Notes: a model not told the origin generated them from the letters alone. 64,000 nt of DNA from an uncultured bacterium (GCA_964354155.1 CAYGYG010000001.1:11121-75120); one strand, 5' to 3'; shown: positions 38,414 through 50,677, counted from the first letter of the stretch. Numbers and translations are program-made.

Positions 38414-39928
38414 ATGTCGACGTTGCTTGCCCTCCTGCTGATTTCCGTTAGTGCTGATCTCCGTTGGGTCGAGGTCGATGTCTCGCCCTTCAAAGACGGC
38501 CGCGCCGATTTTGTCTACAAAATCCGGTGGGATGTTAGCTCAGGCCAGATGCATGGCTTCTACCTCGAGGGTCTTTCCGTCGACCCTTACTTCGATTACG
38601 AAAACTCCCAGGCCCTGGACGGATCCGGCCGGTCCTACGCGCTTGACATAAAGCCGGTCGGGGGCCAAAAGTACGACGTTGTGCTGGCGGATGATCAGGC
38701 CTGTGGTCCGGGTGAGATAACCTACATCGTCCATTTCGGCGGCGACCTGGCCGGCGCGCGAAATCTGGCGACAACCACCAGCCCGGAGCATGGCGAACTC
38801 GTCGTTCTGAACTGGGCGCCTACTCAGTGGGACGAGTCGCTGGATCATTATACTGTCTATCTTCACTATCCGATCGAGGTGCCAGGACGGCAGGTCAGTC
38901 CAGACCAATACGGCTTCTTGACTGAACCTTTTATGAACAAGAGCTACCTGCTCGACTACTACGGACAGGAATACGAGGGGACCTATTATCTCACGGTGCA
39001 GGTCCACAAGACCAACCTTGCGGCTAATGAAAAAATGCCGATTCGGTGCTATGTGCCGGCGCGTTACTTCGAAACCGGGAAGTTCGGCCGAATCAAGCTG
39101 CCTACTGGAGAACGGCGGGGCGGTAGGGGAACTGGCATACCGTATGACATACTGTATACGCTGATTTCGATCGTCCCGTACCTCTTCTACTCAAACCGGA
39201 AAGCCAGGAGCGTCAAGAAGGCATTTGTCGATGTTCAGGCTTTGAGCTGGCTCAGGCAGGACTGGGTGCCGCCCAAAATAGAGGTCGCCACCTTCCGCAA
39301 GAGCGGCAAGATTGCCAAGCTCGATTTTGTCGAAGCCGCGCTGCTGCTTGATTTTCCTGTAAACAAGGTTCTGACCATAATGTTCAACAGCCTGGAGAAG
39401 TACGGAATCGTTAAGGTGAATTCGGTGAGCCCCTTGAGCATCAAGGTCCTGCACCTGCCGGTCGATGTCCGGTACTATGAAAGCGCCCTGCTGAGAACGG
39501 TCGGTGCCGACGGCACCGTGAGTGAGGATGGACTGAAGGCGGTGATTGGCGTGGTGGTTGATAAGGTCTCCCAGAAAATGTGGGATTGTGACGTTGAAGC
39601 GACCAAGGCCTACTACCAGAAGATGATGGTTGGTCCGGGGGTCGACGACCGATACAAAGAACCGGAGTACTATGACTACTTGATGGGCCGCGAGTTCAAC
39701 CGGCGCCGGCACTATTACGATATGGAACAGTCGATGGCGCCGGCCGCCGCGACGATCAAGAACTACTCAAATTTCATTCATAGCGAGGCCTGTCACAGCG
39801 CCTGCTATGTCCACACCGCCTGTCACGATGCCTGTCACTCGGCCTGTCATTCAGCCTGCCACTCAGCTTGCCATTCAGCCTGTCATTCGGCCTGCCATTC
39901 GGCTTGCGTGAGTGGAGGAGCACATTAG
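38414..39928 (+). CDS. Membrane protein with proposed DUF2207-like topology (signal peptide, extracellular domain, TM segment, cytoplasmic domain) ending in a Cys/His-rich tandem (Ala-Cys-His-Ser)n tail, the candidate substrate of the adjacent rSAM enzyme
   Basis: Signal peptide MSTLLALLLISVSA and a TM segment IPYDILYTLISIVPYLFY. The C-terminal 47 aa are ACHSACYVHTACHDACHSACHSACHSACHSACHSACHSACVSGGAH (11 Cys, 9 His). The DUF2207-like assignment is from architecture only. Confidence 0.7.
   Translation: MSTLLALLLISVSADLRWVEVDVSPFKDGRADFVYKIRWDVSSGQMHGFYLEGLSVDPYFDYENSQALDGSGRSYALDIKPVGGQKYDVVLADDQACGPGEITYIVHFGGDLAGARNLATTTSPEHGELVVLNWAPTQWDESLDHYTVYLHYPIEVPGRQVSPDQYGFLTEPFMNKSYLLDYYGQEYEGTYYLTVQVHKTNLAANEKMPIRCYVPARYFETGKFGRIKLPTGERRGGRGTGIPYDILYTLISIVPYLFYSNRKARSVKKAFVDVQALSWLRQDWVPPKIEVATFRKSGKIAKLDFVEAALLLDFPVNKVLTIMFNSLEKYGIVKVNSVSPLSIKVLHLPVDVRYYESALLRTVGADGTVSEDGLKAVIGVVVDKVSQKMWDCDVEATKAYYQKMMVGPGVDDRYKEPEYYDYLMGREFNRRRHYYDMEQSMAPAAATIKNYSNFIHSEACHSACYVHTACHDACHSACHSACHSACHSACHSACHSACVSGGAH
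39788..39913 (+). repeat. In-frame tandem 12-nt repeat (gcc tgy cay tcr) ×~10 encoding the (ACHS)n tail
   Basis: Ten units of 12 nt, one carrying a 6-nt insertion. The units differ mostly at synonymous third positions (tgt/tgc, cac/cat, tcg/tca, gcc/gct) while the encoded ACHS is conserved. Confidence 0.9.
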
Positions 39929-40172
39929 GCAATGCAAATATCAAATATCAAAATGCAAAAATTGAACGGCGAACAGCAAAGGGCAGAGAGCATGGGGCAA
40001 AGGGCAATAAGGAGGATACCGCGGGGGTGCGGAGGAGCAGAGGCGCCGGGGGTAGCAAAGAGCATGGGGCAGAGAGCATAGAACAAGAGAGCAGAGAGTC
40101 TCTTATCACTGCAATCGGCCTTTCTATCACTGTAATCGATGTCGCTGGCGGCCAGTGGGATAAGGAAAGAGC

Positions 40173-41525
40173 ATGACAGAAAAGAGCGACGTGATGTCCG
40201 GGTCTACAATACGAAATCAGAAGTTCGAACGCGACATCAGCTGGGTGAATGGGTTTGTGAAGAAGATCAGACCCTATATCCACGTCCGGCCTGAGGACAG
40301 TCTGCTCATTCTCATTCCGAATCAGGCGTACCGGCTGAACCGGACCGGGCTTGAGATCCTCAGTTACTTGCTGAAAGGCGGAACCGCCAGGCAGTTTGTC
40401 TCGCTGCTCAATCTCAATCAGAATCAGGTTGAAGAGATCCACTGGTTCTTTTCCGACTTAAGGGCAATGGTGAAGGGCTGTTTGCATGAGGGCGAGAAGC
40501 GCAGGGCGGTTGACTACTACGAATACAAGGGGCCTTTCAACAAGCTGCCCGTACTGTCTGAAGTCGCGGTCACGTATCGCTGCAATATGAAGTGCGAATT
40601 CTGCTATGTTGGCCGGCAAGAAGACTACGGGGAGCTGTCAACCGATGACCTCAAGACCGTTGTCAAGAAGATCCGTCTTGAGGCCAATGTCCCCTCGGTC
40701 AGCTTCACCGGAGGCGAGCCTCTGATTCGACACGATATTGTCGAACTCGTTGCCTATGCCCGCAAGATCGGACTCTGGACTAACCTCATCACCAATGGTA
40801 CGTTGCTTGACCGGTCCATAGCCGGCCGGCTCAAGAAGGCAGGTCTGTCCAGCTGCCAGGTCAGCTTGGAAGGAGACTGTGCCAGGACTCATGACCGGTT
40901 GACCGGGGTCCCCGGCTCGTTTGCGCGAACGATTGCCGGGATCAAACACCTGATCGATGCCGGTATTCCCGTCCACACCAACACGACGGTCTCGAAGGGC
41001 AATATTGAGCATCTCGAGGGCATCATAATACTTATCAGGGGAATGGGGCTAGCCAGGCTTTCGATGAACCTGCTGATACCATGCGGCGCGGCCTCATCAT
41101 GCCAGGAGCTCTGGGTCAGCTACACGGAGATTGGTGAGAGGATTCTGGAGCTGGAGCAGGCTGCGACAAGAGAGAACGTGAAGTTTCTCTGGTACTCACC
41201 GGTGCCGATCTGTATCTTTAATCCCATTGCCCAGGGGTTGGGCAACAAGGCATGCGCGGCGGTCAGCGGTCTATTGAGCGTTGACCCGCTGGGCAATGTG
41301 CTCCCTTGCTCCTCGTGGCCAAAACCGATCGGTTCGTTGCTCACTCAGCCTTTTATCGCGATCTGGAACTCGCTTGAAGCCGAGTATTTCAAGCAAATGA
41401 AATACGCGCCCGAGAAGTGCGGAGCGTGCGAGTCGTTCGCGGCTTGCGTCGGCGCCTGTCCCATCTACTGGGAGAGGGTAGGGACCCGGGAGCTTGAGGC
41501 GGGCGCCGTAATCGAGGTTTGTTGA
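40173..41525 (+). CDS. Radical SAM/SPASM-domain peptide-modifying enzyme with N-terminal PqqD-like RiPP recognition element
   Basis: rSAM cluster motif CNMKCEFC (CxxxCxxC) in VAVTYRCNMKCEFCY. C-terminal SPASM motif CGACESFAACVGACP (CxxCx5Cx3C) plus upstream auxiliary Cys residues. The N-terminal ~100 aa (LILIPNQAYRLNRTGLEILSYLLKGGTARQFV) resemble PqqD/RRE. Confidence 0.85.
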   Translation: MTEKSDVMSGSTIRNQKFERDISWVNGFVKKIRPYIHVRPEDSLLILIPNQAYRLNRTGLEILSYLLKGGTARQFVSLLNLNQNQVEEIHWFFSDLRAMVKGCLHEGEKRRAVDYYEYKGPFNKLPVLSEVAVTYRCNMKCEFCYVGRQEDYGELSTDDLKTVVKKIRLEANVPSVSFTGGEPLIRHDIVELVAYARKIGLWTNLITNGTLLDRSIAGRLKKAGLSSCQVSLEGDCARTHDRLTGVPGSFARTIAGIKHLIDAGIPVHTNTTVSKGNIEHLEGIIILIRGMGLARLSMNLLIPCGAASSCQELWVSYTEIGERILELEQAATRENVKFLWYSPVPICIFNPIAQGLGNKACAAVSGLLSVDPLGNVLPCSSWPKPIGSLLTQPFIAIWNSLEAEYFKQMKYAPEKCGACESFAACVGACPIYWERVGTRELEAGAVIEVC

Positions 41526-42433
41526 TGGAAGAGGCAAGAGAAGGTTACGCGGTCTTCGACAAGGTAAGCCCGGGCTTACGTGGTGCGGTTTCAGCCGGGC
41601 TGATTGTCCTGGCTTTTGCGGTCCAGACGAGCGCCAAGAGCTTCTGGTTTGGTGTACCGTTCCTGCTGGCTTGCATCGTCCTTAACTGGGTCCGCAGTGT
41701 TTCGACCAAGGCTGAACCGGCCACTGAGAAGAAGTGGGAAGAGGTCACCGGAGAGAGGGTACAGCGCGTCCTCTTGCAGGCGCGTCAGATCAAGAAATTC
41801 AGTACGGGCGGAAAGAGTATCGGCTGTCTGATTGCCCTGGCATTCGGGGTCGTCATTTTCTTGAACGTGATTGTGAGCAATGCGCGTCTGCCCTTTATCG
41901 CGACTCTGGTTATCTACGACACGCTGGTTCTGATCGGGGGCCTCGTGATCTCCGGACAGAAAAGCGCCTGGATGCCTTCGGGGTTGGATCTGAAGTCGGA
42001 GACGATTCTGAGGTTGGTTGAATCGCCAATCCTTAAAGGCGATCCCGTGGTGAAGGCCATCCCCCTGCTGGAAGTCGGCAAGACGGCCAAAGGGGATTTT
42101 CCGAGCGACATTCGGTTGAAGGTCAAGTTTGAAGGGGCGCCCGAAGACTTCCTGGGTATCCAGGGCCAGCTTTCAATCAACTCGGTCAAGGGCACAAACT
42201 ACCCGTACTTCTACTGCGTCATCGTTGCCAAGAAACCGTTCCAACTTCTGTCGAAGGTGGGTAATCCGGCGTTCAATAATCTGGTGATCGAGTCGGAAGA
42301 ACCGGCTGACGTCGATGTCGTGATTGTCCGGCAGAAGACGTCGAAGACCTCAGGCTATCACACGGATAAGAACCAGCAGGACTATATCCTGACTAATGCC
42401 ATTAACCTCGCCAAGACGATTCTGAAGCAGTAA
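41525..42433 (+). CDS. Hypothetical membrane protein (4 predicted TM helices + soluble C-terminal domain), translationally coupled to the rSAM gene
   Basis: ATG overlaps the rSAM stop (TGATG). Hydrophobic segments at residues ~25-45, 50-70, 100-120 and 125-145. No family assigned. Confidence 0.5.
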   Translation: MEEAREGYAVFDKVSPGLRGAVSAGLIVLAFAVQTSAKSFWFGVPFLLACIVLNWVRSVSTKAEPATEKKWEEVTGERVQRVLLQARQIKKFSTGGKSIGCLIALAFGVVIFLNVIVSNARLPFIATLVIYDTLVLIGGLVISGQKSAWMPSGLDLKSETILRLVESPILKGDPVVKAIPLLEVGKTAKGDFPSDIRLKVKFEGAPEDFLGIQGQLSINSVKGTNYPYFYCVIVAKKPFQLLSKVGNPAFNNLVIESEEPADVDVVIVRQKTSKTSGYHTDKNQQDYILTNAINLAKTILKQ

Positions 42434-42862
42434 CCGCGGTGCCACCACTTGCCACGACAGGTGGGTCGGCCGCGGATCGCACCGTTTGATCATTTGATTA
42501 TTTTACAATTATCAAATGGTTAAATCCAGCGTATTGCAGACCAAGACCGGCGGCGATCACCATCATTCGACTATTCGATTATTCTAGAATTGTCGAATGG
42601 CCGAATGCCAGAACACCGAAACGGTCATCGGTGATCGTCCGAGCAGTCTGACTTGTCCGATTCATGGAAGTCTGCGACAACAACTGGTCCGTAAAAGCAT
42701 GCCGTTCAAACGGTCAATCGTCATTGCGAACCCCGACCGTCGCCGGTCGGGGTGTGGCAATCCTCGTTTTCGTAGTGAGCTTGTTTCTCCCTGCGGGACA
42801 CAGGCGTGGTCGCACTGCTCCATGCAATGACATCGTGGGCAGAGCCCAGGCGAGCGCCGCAC

Positions 42863-45016
<2,154 letters not shown>

Positions 45017-45280
45017 TCTATCGCTCCTTTCGGTTTGTCAGAAGACGAATTGCATCAAAGTACGCGGAATTGTTCGGAATCTTAGTATTCTCCGCTATTA
45101 CTTTATTCGGAAATAATAGAATGTCAATGGCGAGGAATGGCGAGCATGCGTCGCCAGCAACCGGGGTCCGGCTGAAAAATAGAAATAACTGGTTTGGAGT
45201 CGATATCATCCTCAAAGAACCGCAATGTAACGAGTACTGAATTAACCACAGTTGAGACCTGCCCCGACGGGCGGATGGGG

Positions 45281-46385
45281 CTATTTGGGGTTCTTCTTTC
45301 TGGAGGTTTCGAGCAGGAGATAGGCCTCGATGAACTCGTCGAGGTCGCCGTCCATAACTTTGTCGACATTGCCGGTCTCGACATCGGTCCGGTGATCTTT
45401 AATCAGTTTGTACGGATGGAAAACATAGGAACGAATCTGGTGGCCCCACGCAATATCGGTCTTCGTGTCCTCGAGTGCCTTATTTTTCTCTTCTTCCTTT
45501 TCCTTATAGTACTGATAGATTCGAGCGTACAGAATCTTCATTGCATATGCCTTGTTGATTGACTGGGAACGTTCGTTCTGGCACTGGGCCATGACGCCGC
45601 TCGGAATGTGAATGAGACGGACCGCGCTGGCAACTTTGTTCACATTCTGTCCGCCATGACCTGATGCCCGGAAGGTCTCGATCTTAAGATCCTCGGGTGT
45701 TATCTTAACCTCGATCTCTTCCATTTCCGGATAGACGAATACTGAGGCAAATGACGTATGACGGCGGTTGTTGGCATCAAAGGGCGAAAGTCGCACCAGA
45801 CGGTGTACTCCGGTTTCGGCCTTGAGATAGCCGTAAGCATTCTTGCCCTGGACCTCGATCGCGGCATCCTTGATGCCGCCTTCTTCGGCCGGTTCCAGGG
45901 AGAGCATTCGATAGCCATACTTTCGGTTCTCAATCCACTTAAGGTACATGCGCATCAGCATCCCGGCCCAGTCACACGACTCGACACCGCCGGCCCCCGG
46001 ATGAATCGTGAGAATGCAGTCCTTCTTGTCTTCGGAAGATTGGAGCATGTATTCGAGTTCGAAGGACCTCAGACTTTTTTCCAGCGCCTCGGTGCCTTCT
46101 TCGATTTCTTTGATTGCGGACGGGTCCAGATCGGGAAGATTGATCAGTTCCTGGTGGTCTTTTGTTTCTTGGGCCAGAGTTTGCCAGGTCTGCACCCACT
46201 GCTTCTCATCGTTCAGGTCCGCCATCACCTTCTGGGCCTGATTCTGGTCAACCCAGAACTCCTTCTGGGCCGCTTGCCCCTCGAGTTTCTTTATCCGCGC
46301 CCGGCGTGCGTCGACGTCAAAGAAACTCCTTGAGCCGCTGAATGCGGCTAGCGATTTCCTCGAGTCGGGCGACTAAAGAAGTCAT
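45281..46385 (-). CDS. prfB: Peptide chain release factor 2 with programmed +1 ribosomal frameshift (CTT TGA C at 46322-46316)
   Basis: Frame 0 reads ATG(46385) MTSLVARLEEIASRIQRLKEFL then TGA. Skipping one nucleotide continues DVDARRARIKKLE... into the long ORF. An internal Shine-Dalgarno AAGGAG lies 3 nt upstream of the CTT. The protein has the SPF tripeptide (RLSPFD) and GGQ motif (SGHGGQNVNKV). Confidence 0.85.
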
Positions 46386-46391
46386 GGTCCC

Positions 46392-46610
46392 CTACGGTGC
46401 CTTGGCTTCCTTGGTCTTGCCATACTTCCGGCGGTACCGTTCAACGCGGCCCGCGCTGTCGAGCATCTTCTGCTTGCCGGAGAAGAACGGGTGGCACTTG
46501 GAGCAGATTTCCACTGAAATCTTGGGGCGGGTTGAATGGGTCGTGATTGCGTTGCCGCACGCGCAGGTGATTACGCACTCAACATATTTGGGATGAATCT
46601 TGTCTTTCAT
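46392..46610 (-). CDS. rpmE: 50S ribosomal protein L31
   Basis: MKDKIHPKY...C..C...C..CHPF zinc-ribbon L31 signature. 72 aa. Confidence 0.9.
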   Translation of the reverse strand: MKDKIHPKYVECVITCACGNAITTHSTRPKISVEICSKCHPFFSGKQKMLDSAGRVERYRRKYGKTKEAKAP

Positions 46611-46623
46611 CTTTCTCCTTCTT

Positions 46624-47889
<1,266 letters not shown>

Positions 47890-48123
47890 AACTAACCTCC
47901 CAAACCGGGAAAAGGCAACTCCCTAAGTTACGAATGCAAATAGGGACACTCCGGGATTGAAATAGAAACAGTTAGGGGAACCTTATTCCGCTGTTCGCTT
48001 ATACAGTCTATTCGATTTTATCCGGATTTATGAAACTGTCAAGAGAAATGTTTAGAAGAAATTAATTACGCCGATGACGGTGTTCCCTAACCCCCGGACC
48101 TCAGTCGTCACCGACCGGTTCCA

Positions 48124-48657
48124 TTAGTACTCGATGCCCTTCCTTGCTTTGACTCCCTCTTGAAAATGGTGCTTGACTTCCCTGATTTCAGAGACGAGGT
48201 CGGCGATCTTAAGAAGCTCGGCCGGCGCGTAACGGCCGGTCAGAATCAGCTCGACGGTCCTGGGCCTCTTCTTGATCATTTCGAGCACGTCGGCAATCCG
48301 GATCAGCCCATAGTCAACCGCGACATTAATCTCGTCCAAGATCACGATATCATACCGCCGGCTCTTGATCACTTCCCGGGCACGCCGGAGACCCTGATCG
48401 GCAAGGGCCCGGTCCTTCTTCGATGGTCGGTCCCGGTCGACAAAAGTAGCCAGGCCGTACTGCTCGATGACGAAGTTCTTCATGCGCCGGGCGGCCTTCA
48501 GTTCACCGTAGTTTATCTTACCCTTCATGAACTGAATCACGATGACGCGCAGGCCGTGGCCCGCGGCGCGGAATCCCTGGCCCAGGGCCGCGGTCGTCTT
48601 GCCCTTACCGTTGCCGGTGTAAAGTTGGACGAGACCTTTTTTCATTCTGACGCTCAC
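48124..48657 (-). CDS. cobO: Cob(I)yrinic acid a,c-diamide / corrinoid adenosyltransferase (CobA/CobO/BtuR family)
   Basis: GLVQLYTGNGKGKTTAALG P-loop typical of CobA-type ATP:corrinoid adenosyltransferases. 177 aa. Confidence 0.85.
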   Translation of the reverse strand: MSVRMKKGLVQLYTGNGKGKTTAALGQGFRAAGHGLRVIVIQFMKGKINYGELKAARRMKNFVIEQYGLATFVDRDRPSKKDRALADQGLRRAREVIKSRRYDIVILDEINVAVDYGLIRIADVLEMIKKRPRTVELILTGRYAPAELLKIADLVSEIREVKHHFQEGVKARKGIEY

Positions 48658-49385
48658 TGCTGGTCGGGGGGCTTTATGGTCACATCCCCGGCAACAATCT
48701 TTTTCTCTGAGCCGGTCCGGTCCCGCAGGACAAGCGAGCCGTCTTTATCGATGTTGACGGCCGTGCCTTCGTGCTTCGTGCCGATAACTTCGACTTGGAC
48801 CTCCTGTCCGATCATAGCCGAGTGGTGCTTCCATTCAAGAAGGATTTCCTCGGTCTGACCGTCCTCAAAGCGCCGGTAGATTGTCTCGAACTCAGCCGAA
48901 AGTCGAGTGATGATCTCATCACGGCTGAGGTCGCGTCTAAGTTCGTGGCGTGTGCTTGTAGCCGAAGCCCGCAGTTCTTCAGGAAGCACATCGAGGTCGA
49001 AATTGAGATTCAATCCGATGCCGATGACGATCGAATGTGTCTCGGGGGTCCACTCGCACAGAATGCCGCCCAGCTTTCGGCGGCCGACCATGATATCATT
49101 GGGCCACTTTAGCGAGGCCGCGAGCCCGACATCCTTCAGGGTACGGACAACGGCAATGCCGGTGGCAAGCGTCAGGATCGAATCGAAGGAACCGGGGTGG
49201 CCGGTCCTGACCAGGATCGTCATCCATAGGCCGCCGACGGGCGAAACCCACTCCCGATTGAGGCGTCCCTTGCCTTCCGATTGGGTGTCGGCGACGATAA
49301 TCGTACGGTCCGGAGCATCAGGCGGGAGCTTTTTGGCATACTCATTGGTCGACTCGACCCTTTCCAGATGAATGATTTTTGACAT
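48654..49385 (-). CDS. birA: Biotin-[acetyl-CoA-carboxylase] ligase (group I, no HTH domain)
   Basis: GKGRLNREWVSPVGGLWMT biotin-binding motif. 243 aa with no N-terminal DNA-binding domain. Confidence 0.8.
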   Translation of the reverse strand: MSKIIHLERVESTNEYAKKLPPDAPDRTIIVADTQSEGKGRLNREWVSPVGGLWMTILVRTGHPGSFDSILTLATGIAVVRTLKDVGLAASLKWPNDIMVGRRKLGGILCEWTPETHSIVIGIGLNLNFDLDVLPEELRASATSTRHELRRDLSRDEIITRLSAEFETIYRRFEDGQTEEILLEWKHHSAMIGQEVQVEVIGTKHEGTAVNIDKDGSLVLRDRTGSEKKIVAGDVTIKPPDQQ

Positions 49386-49429
49386 TGAAGAATCTTGCCG
49401 GACCGCCGGTCCCGGCCTAGCGTCAGATC

Positions 49430-50677
49430 CTATTCTGCCTTCTTGAAGATCATGGCGACGACCGTCTTATCATCACCGCCCATGCTCGATAGCATACCGT
49501 AGGGCCGTTTCGGGTCGAGCTTGACTTGACAGGCTTCGGCTTTGCCGGACAGCTGGTGCAGGATGTCAACTGCCTGACGTACCCCGGTTGCGCCGACCGG
49601 ATGGCCGTAACCGACCAGGCCGCCGGTGGCATTGGTCGGCATCGGACCGTCCGCCTTGGTCTTCCCATTTTTCACAAAGTCCGCGCCTTCACCCGTCCGG
49701 ACAATACCCGCGGCTTCGATCGCCATCAGCCCGGCAATCGTGAAGCAATCATGGACTTCAAGAAGGCCGAGGTCCTTGGGCGTCAAGCCGGCCCTTTCGA
49801 AAGCCCGCTTGGCGGCAATCTCACAGGTCGTGAGTTTCGCCGGGTCGGGCGGCGGCGTGGTTAAGTTGTCCTGGACCTGGGCATAGACGACTACTTCGGC
49901 GGCGTCCTTCTTTTCGACACCGATTCTCTTCAGTCCTTCCTCAGACGCAAAGATGATGGCCGAGCCGCCGTCGGAGACCTTGGAACAGTCGAAAGCGTTG
50001 ATGAACTCGCAGAAGGCGCGGGCATCAGGCTTCATCATCGCCGTGGCAAACAAATCTGGATTAGTATTATGATGTTCCTGTGCTTTCGGATTCTTGCGGG
50101 CATTCTCGACCGCGTTGACATACCACTGGGCCATGCCCGGGCGAACCTGGTCGATGCCGTATTTCTTGTAATACATCCCGGCGCGTTGGGAGAATCGGTC
50201 CGGGAAGAAGAAGGCGTGCCCCTGCTTTCTTTCTCCGGCGTACCAGCCGGCGGCGGCGAGGTAGTCGGCTCCGTATAGAGCTTTCACGGTATTCTGCACT
50301 TCGGCGCCGATGCAGAGAACAACGTCGGCCAGGTCGGCAAGAATGGTCTTGAGCGAAGTCACCAGGGCCAGACCGCCGGAATCACAGGCGCCTTCAACTC
50401 TGGTACAGGGCTTGTACTGGAAGGTCTGATGCACCATCGGGAAGAAACCGCTCATATTGCCCTGCCGGCAGAAGCGTTCGGCAATGAAGTTACCGATCAC
50501 GCCTTCGTCGATGTTTTCGGGGCTCTTGATCTGAGCGATTGCCCCGAGGCCCGCTTCCTTGACGTAATGCTCGATTCCCGGTTTCGACGCTTTGGGGTTG
50601 AATTCCTTACGGCCCGACCCAAATGAAATGGTATTGAAGCCGGCCGTGACGAAGATTCTTTTTCTTAGAAAAGCCAT
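49430..50677 (-). CDS. Thiolase-family protein (acetyl-CoA acetyltransferase / SCP-x-type thiolase)
   Basis: Thiolase fold with active-site Cys region (GLMAIEAAG...), C-terminal GYGHPVGATG and the CxG motif. AGGAGG Shine-Dalgarno 5 nt before the ATG. Confidence 0.75.
   Translation of the reverse strand: MAFLRKRIFVTAGFNTISFGSGRKEFNPKASKPGIEHYVKEAGLGAIAQIKSPENIDEGVIGNFIAERFCRQGNMSGFFPMVHQTFQYKPCTRVEGACDSGGLALVTSLKTILADLADVVLCIGAEVQNTVKALYGADYLAAAGWYAGERKQGHAFFFPDRFSQRAGMYYKKYGIDQVRPGMAQWYVNAVENARKNPKAQEHHNTNPDLFATAMMKPDARAFCEFINAFDCSKVSDGGSAIIFASEEGLKRIGVEKKDAAEVVVYAQVQDNLTTPPPDPAKLTTCEIAAKRAFERAGLTPKDLGLLEVHDCFTIAGLMAIEAAGIVRTGEGADFVKNGKTKADGPMPTNATGGLVGYGHPVGATGVRQAVDILHQLSGKAEACQVKLDPKRPYGMLSSMGGDDKTVVAMIFKKAE

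Noticed and set aside
39781-39930. Possible CRISPR array suggested by regular short repeats
   Set aside because: The period is 12 nt with no spacers. It lies in frame inside a CDS and encodes a conserved tetrapeptide. It is not a CRISPR array.
39868-40176. 102-aa ORF overlapping the CHSA-tail stop and spacer
   Set aside because: It runs mostly in an alternative frame of the repeat region and spacer. It is low-complexity (G/R/E/K-rich) with no Shine-Dalgarno, and is probably an artefact of the repeat.
38414-42433. Equating the locus with the described His-Xaa-Ser (HxsABCD) system
   Set aside because: Hxs precursors have 3-residue H-x-S periodicity on short peptides and two rSAM genes (hxsB and hxsC). 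Here the period is 4 (ACHS), the substrate is the tail of a large membrane protein and only one rSAM gene is present. The system is treated as related in concept but distinct.
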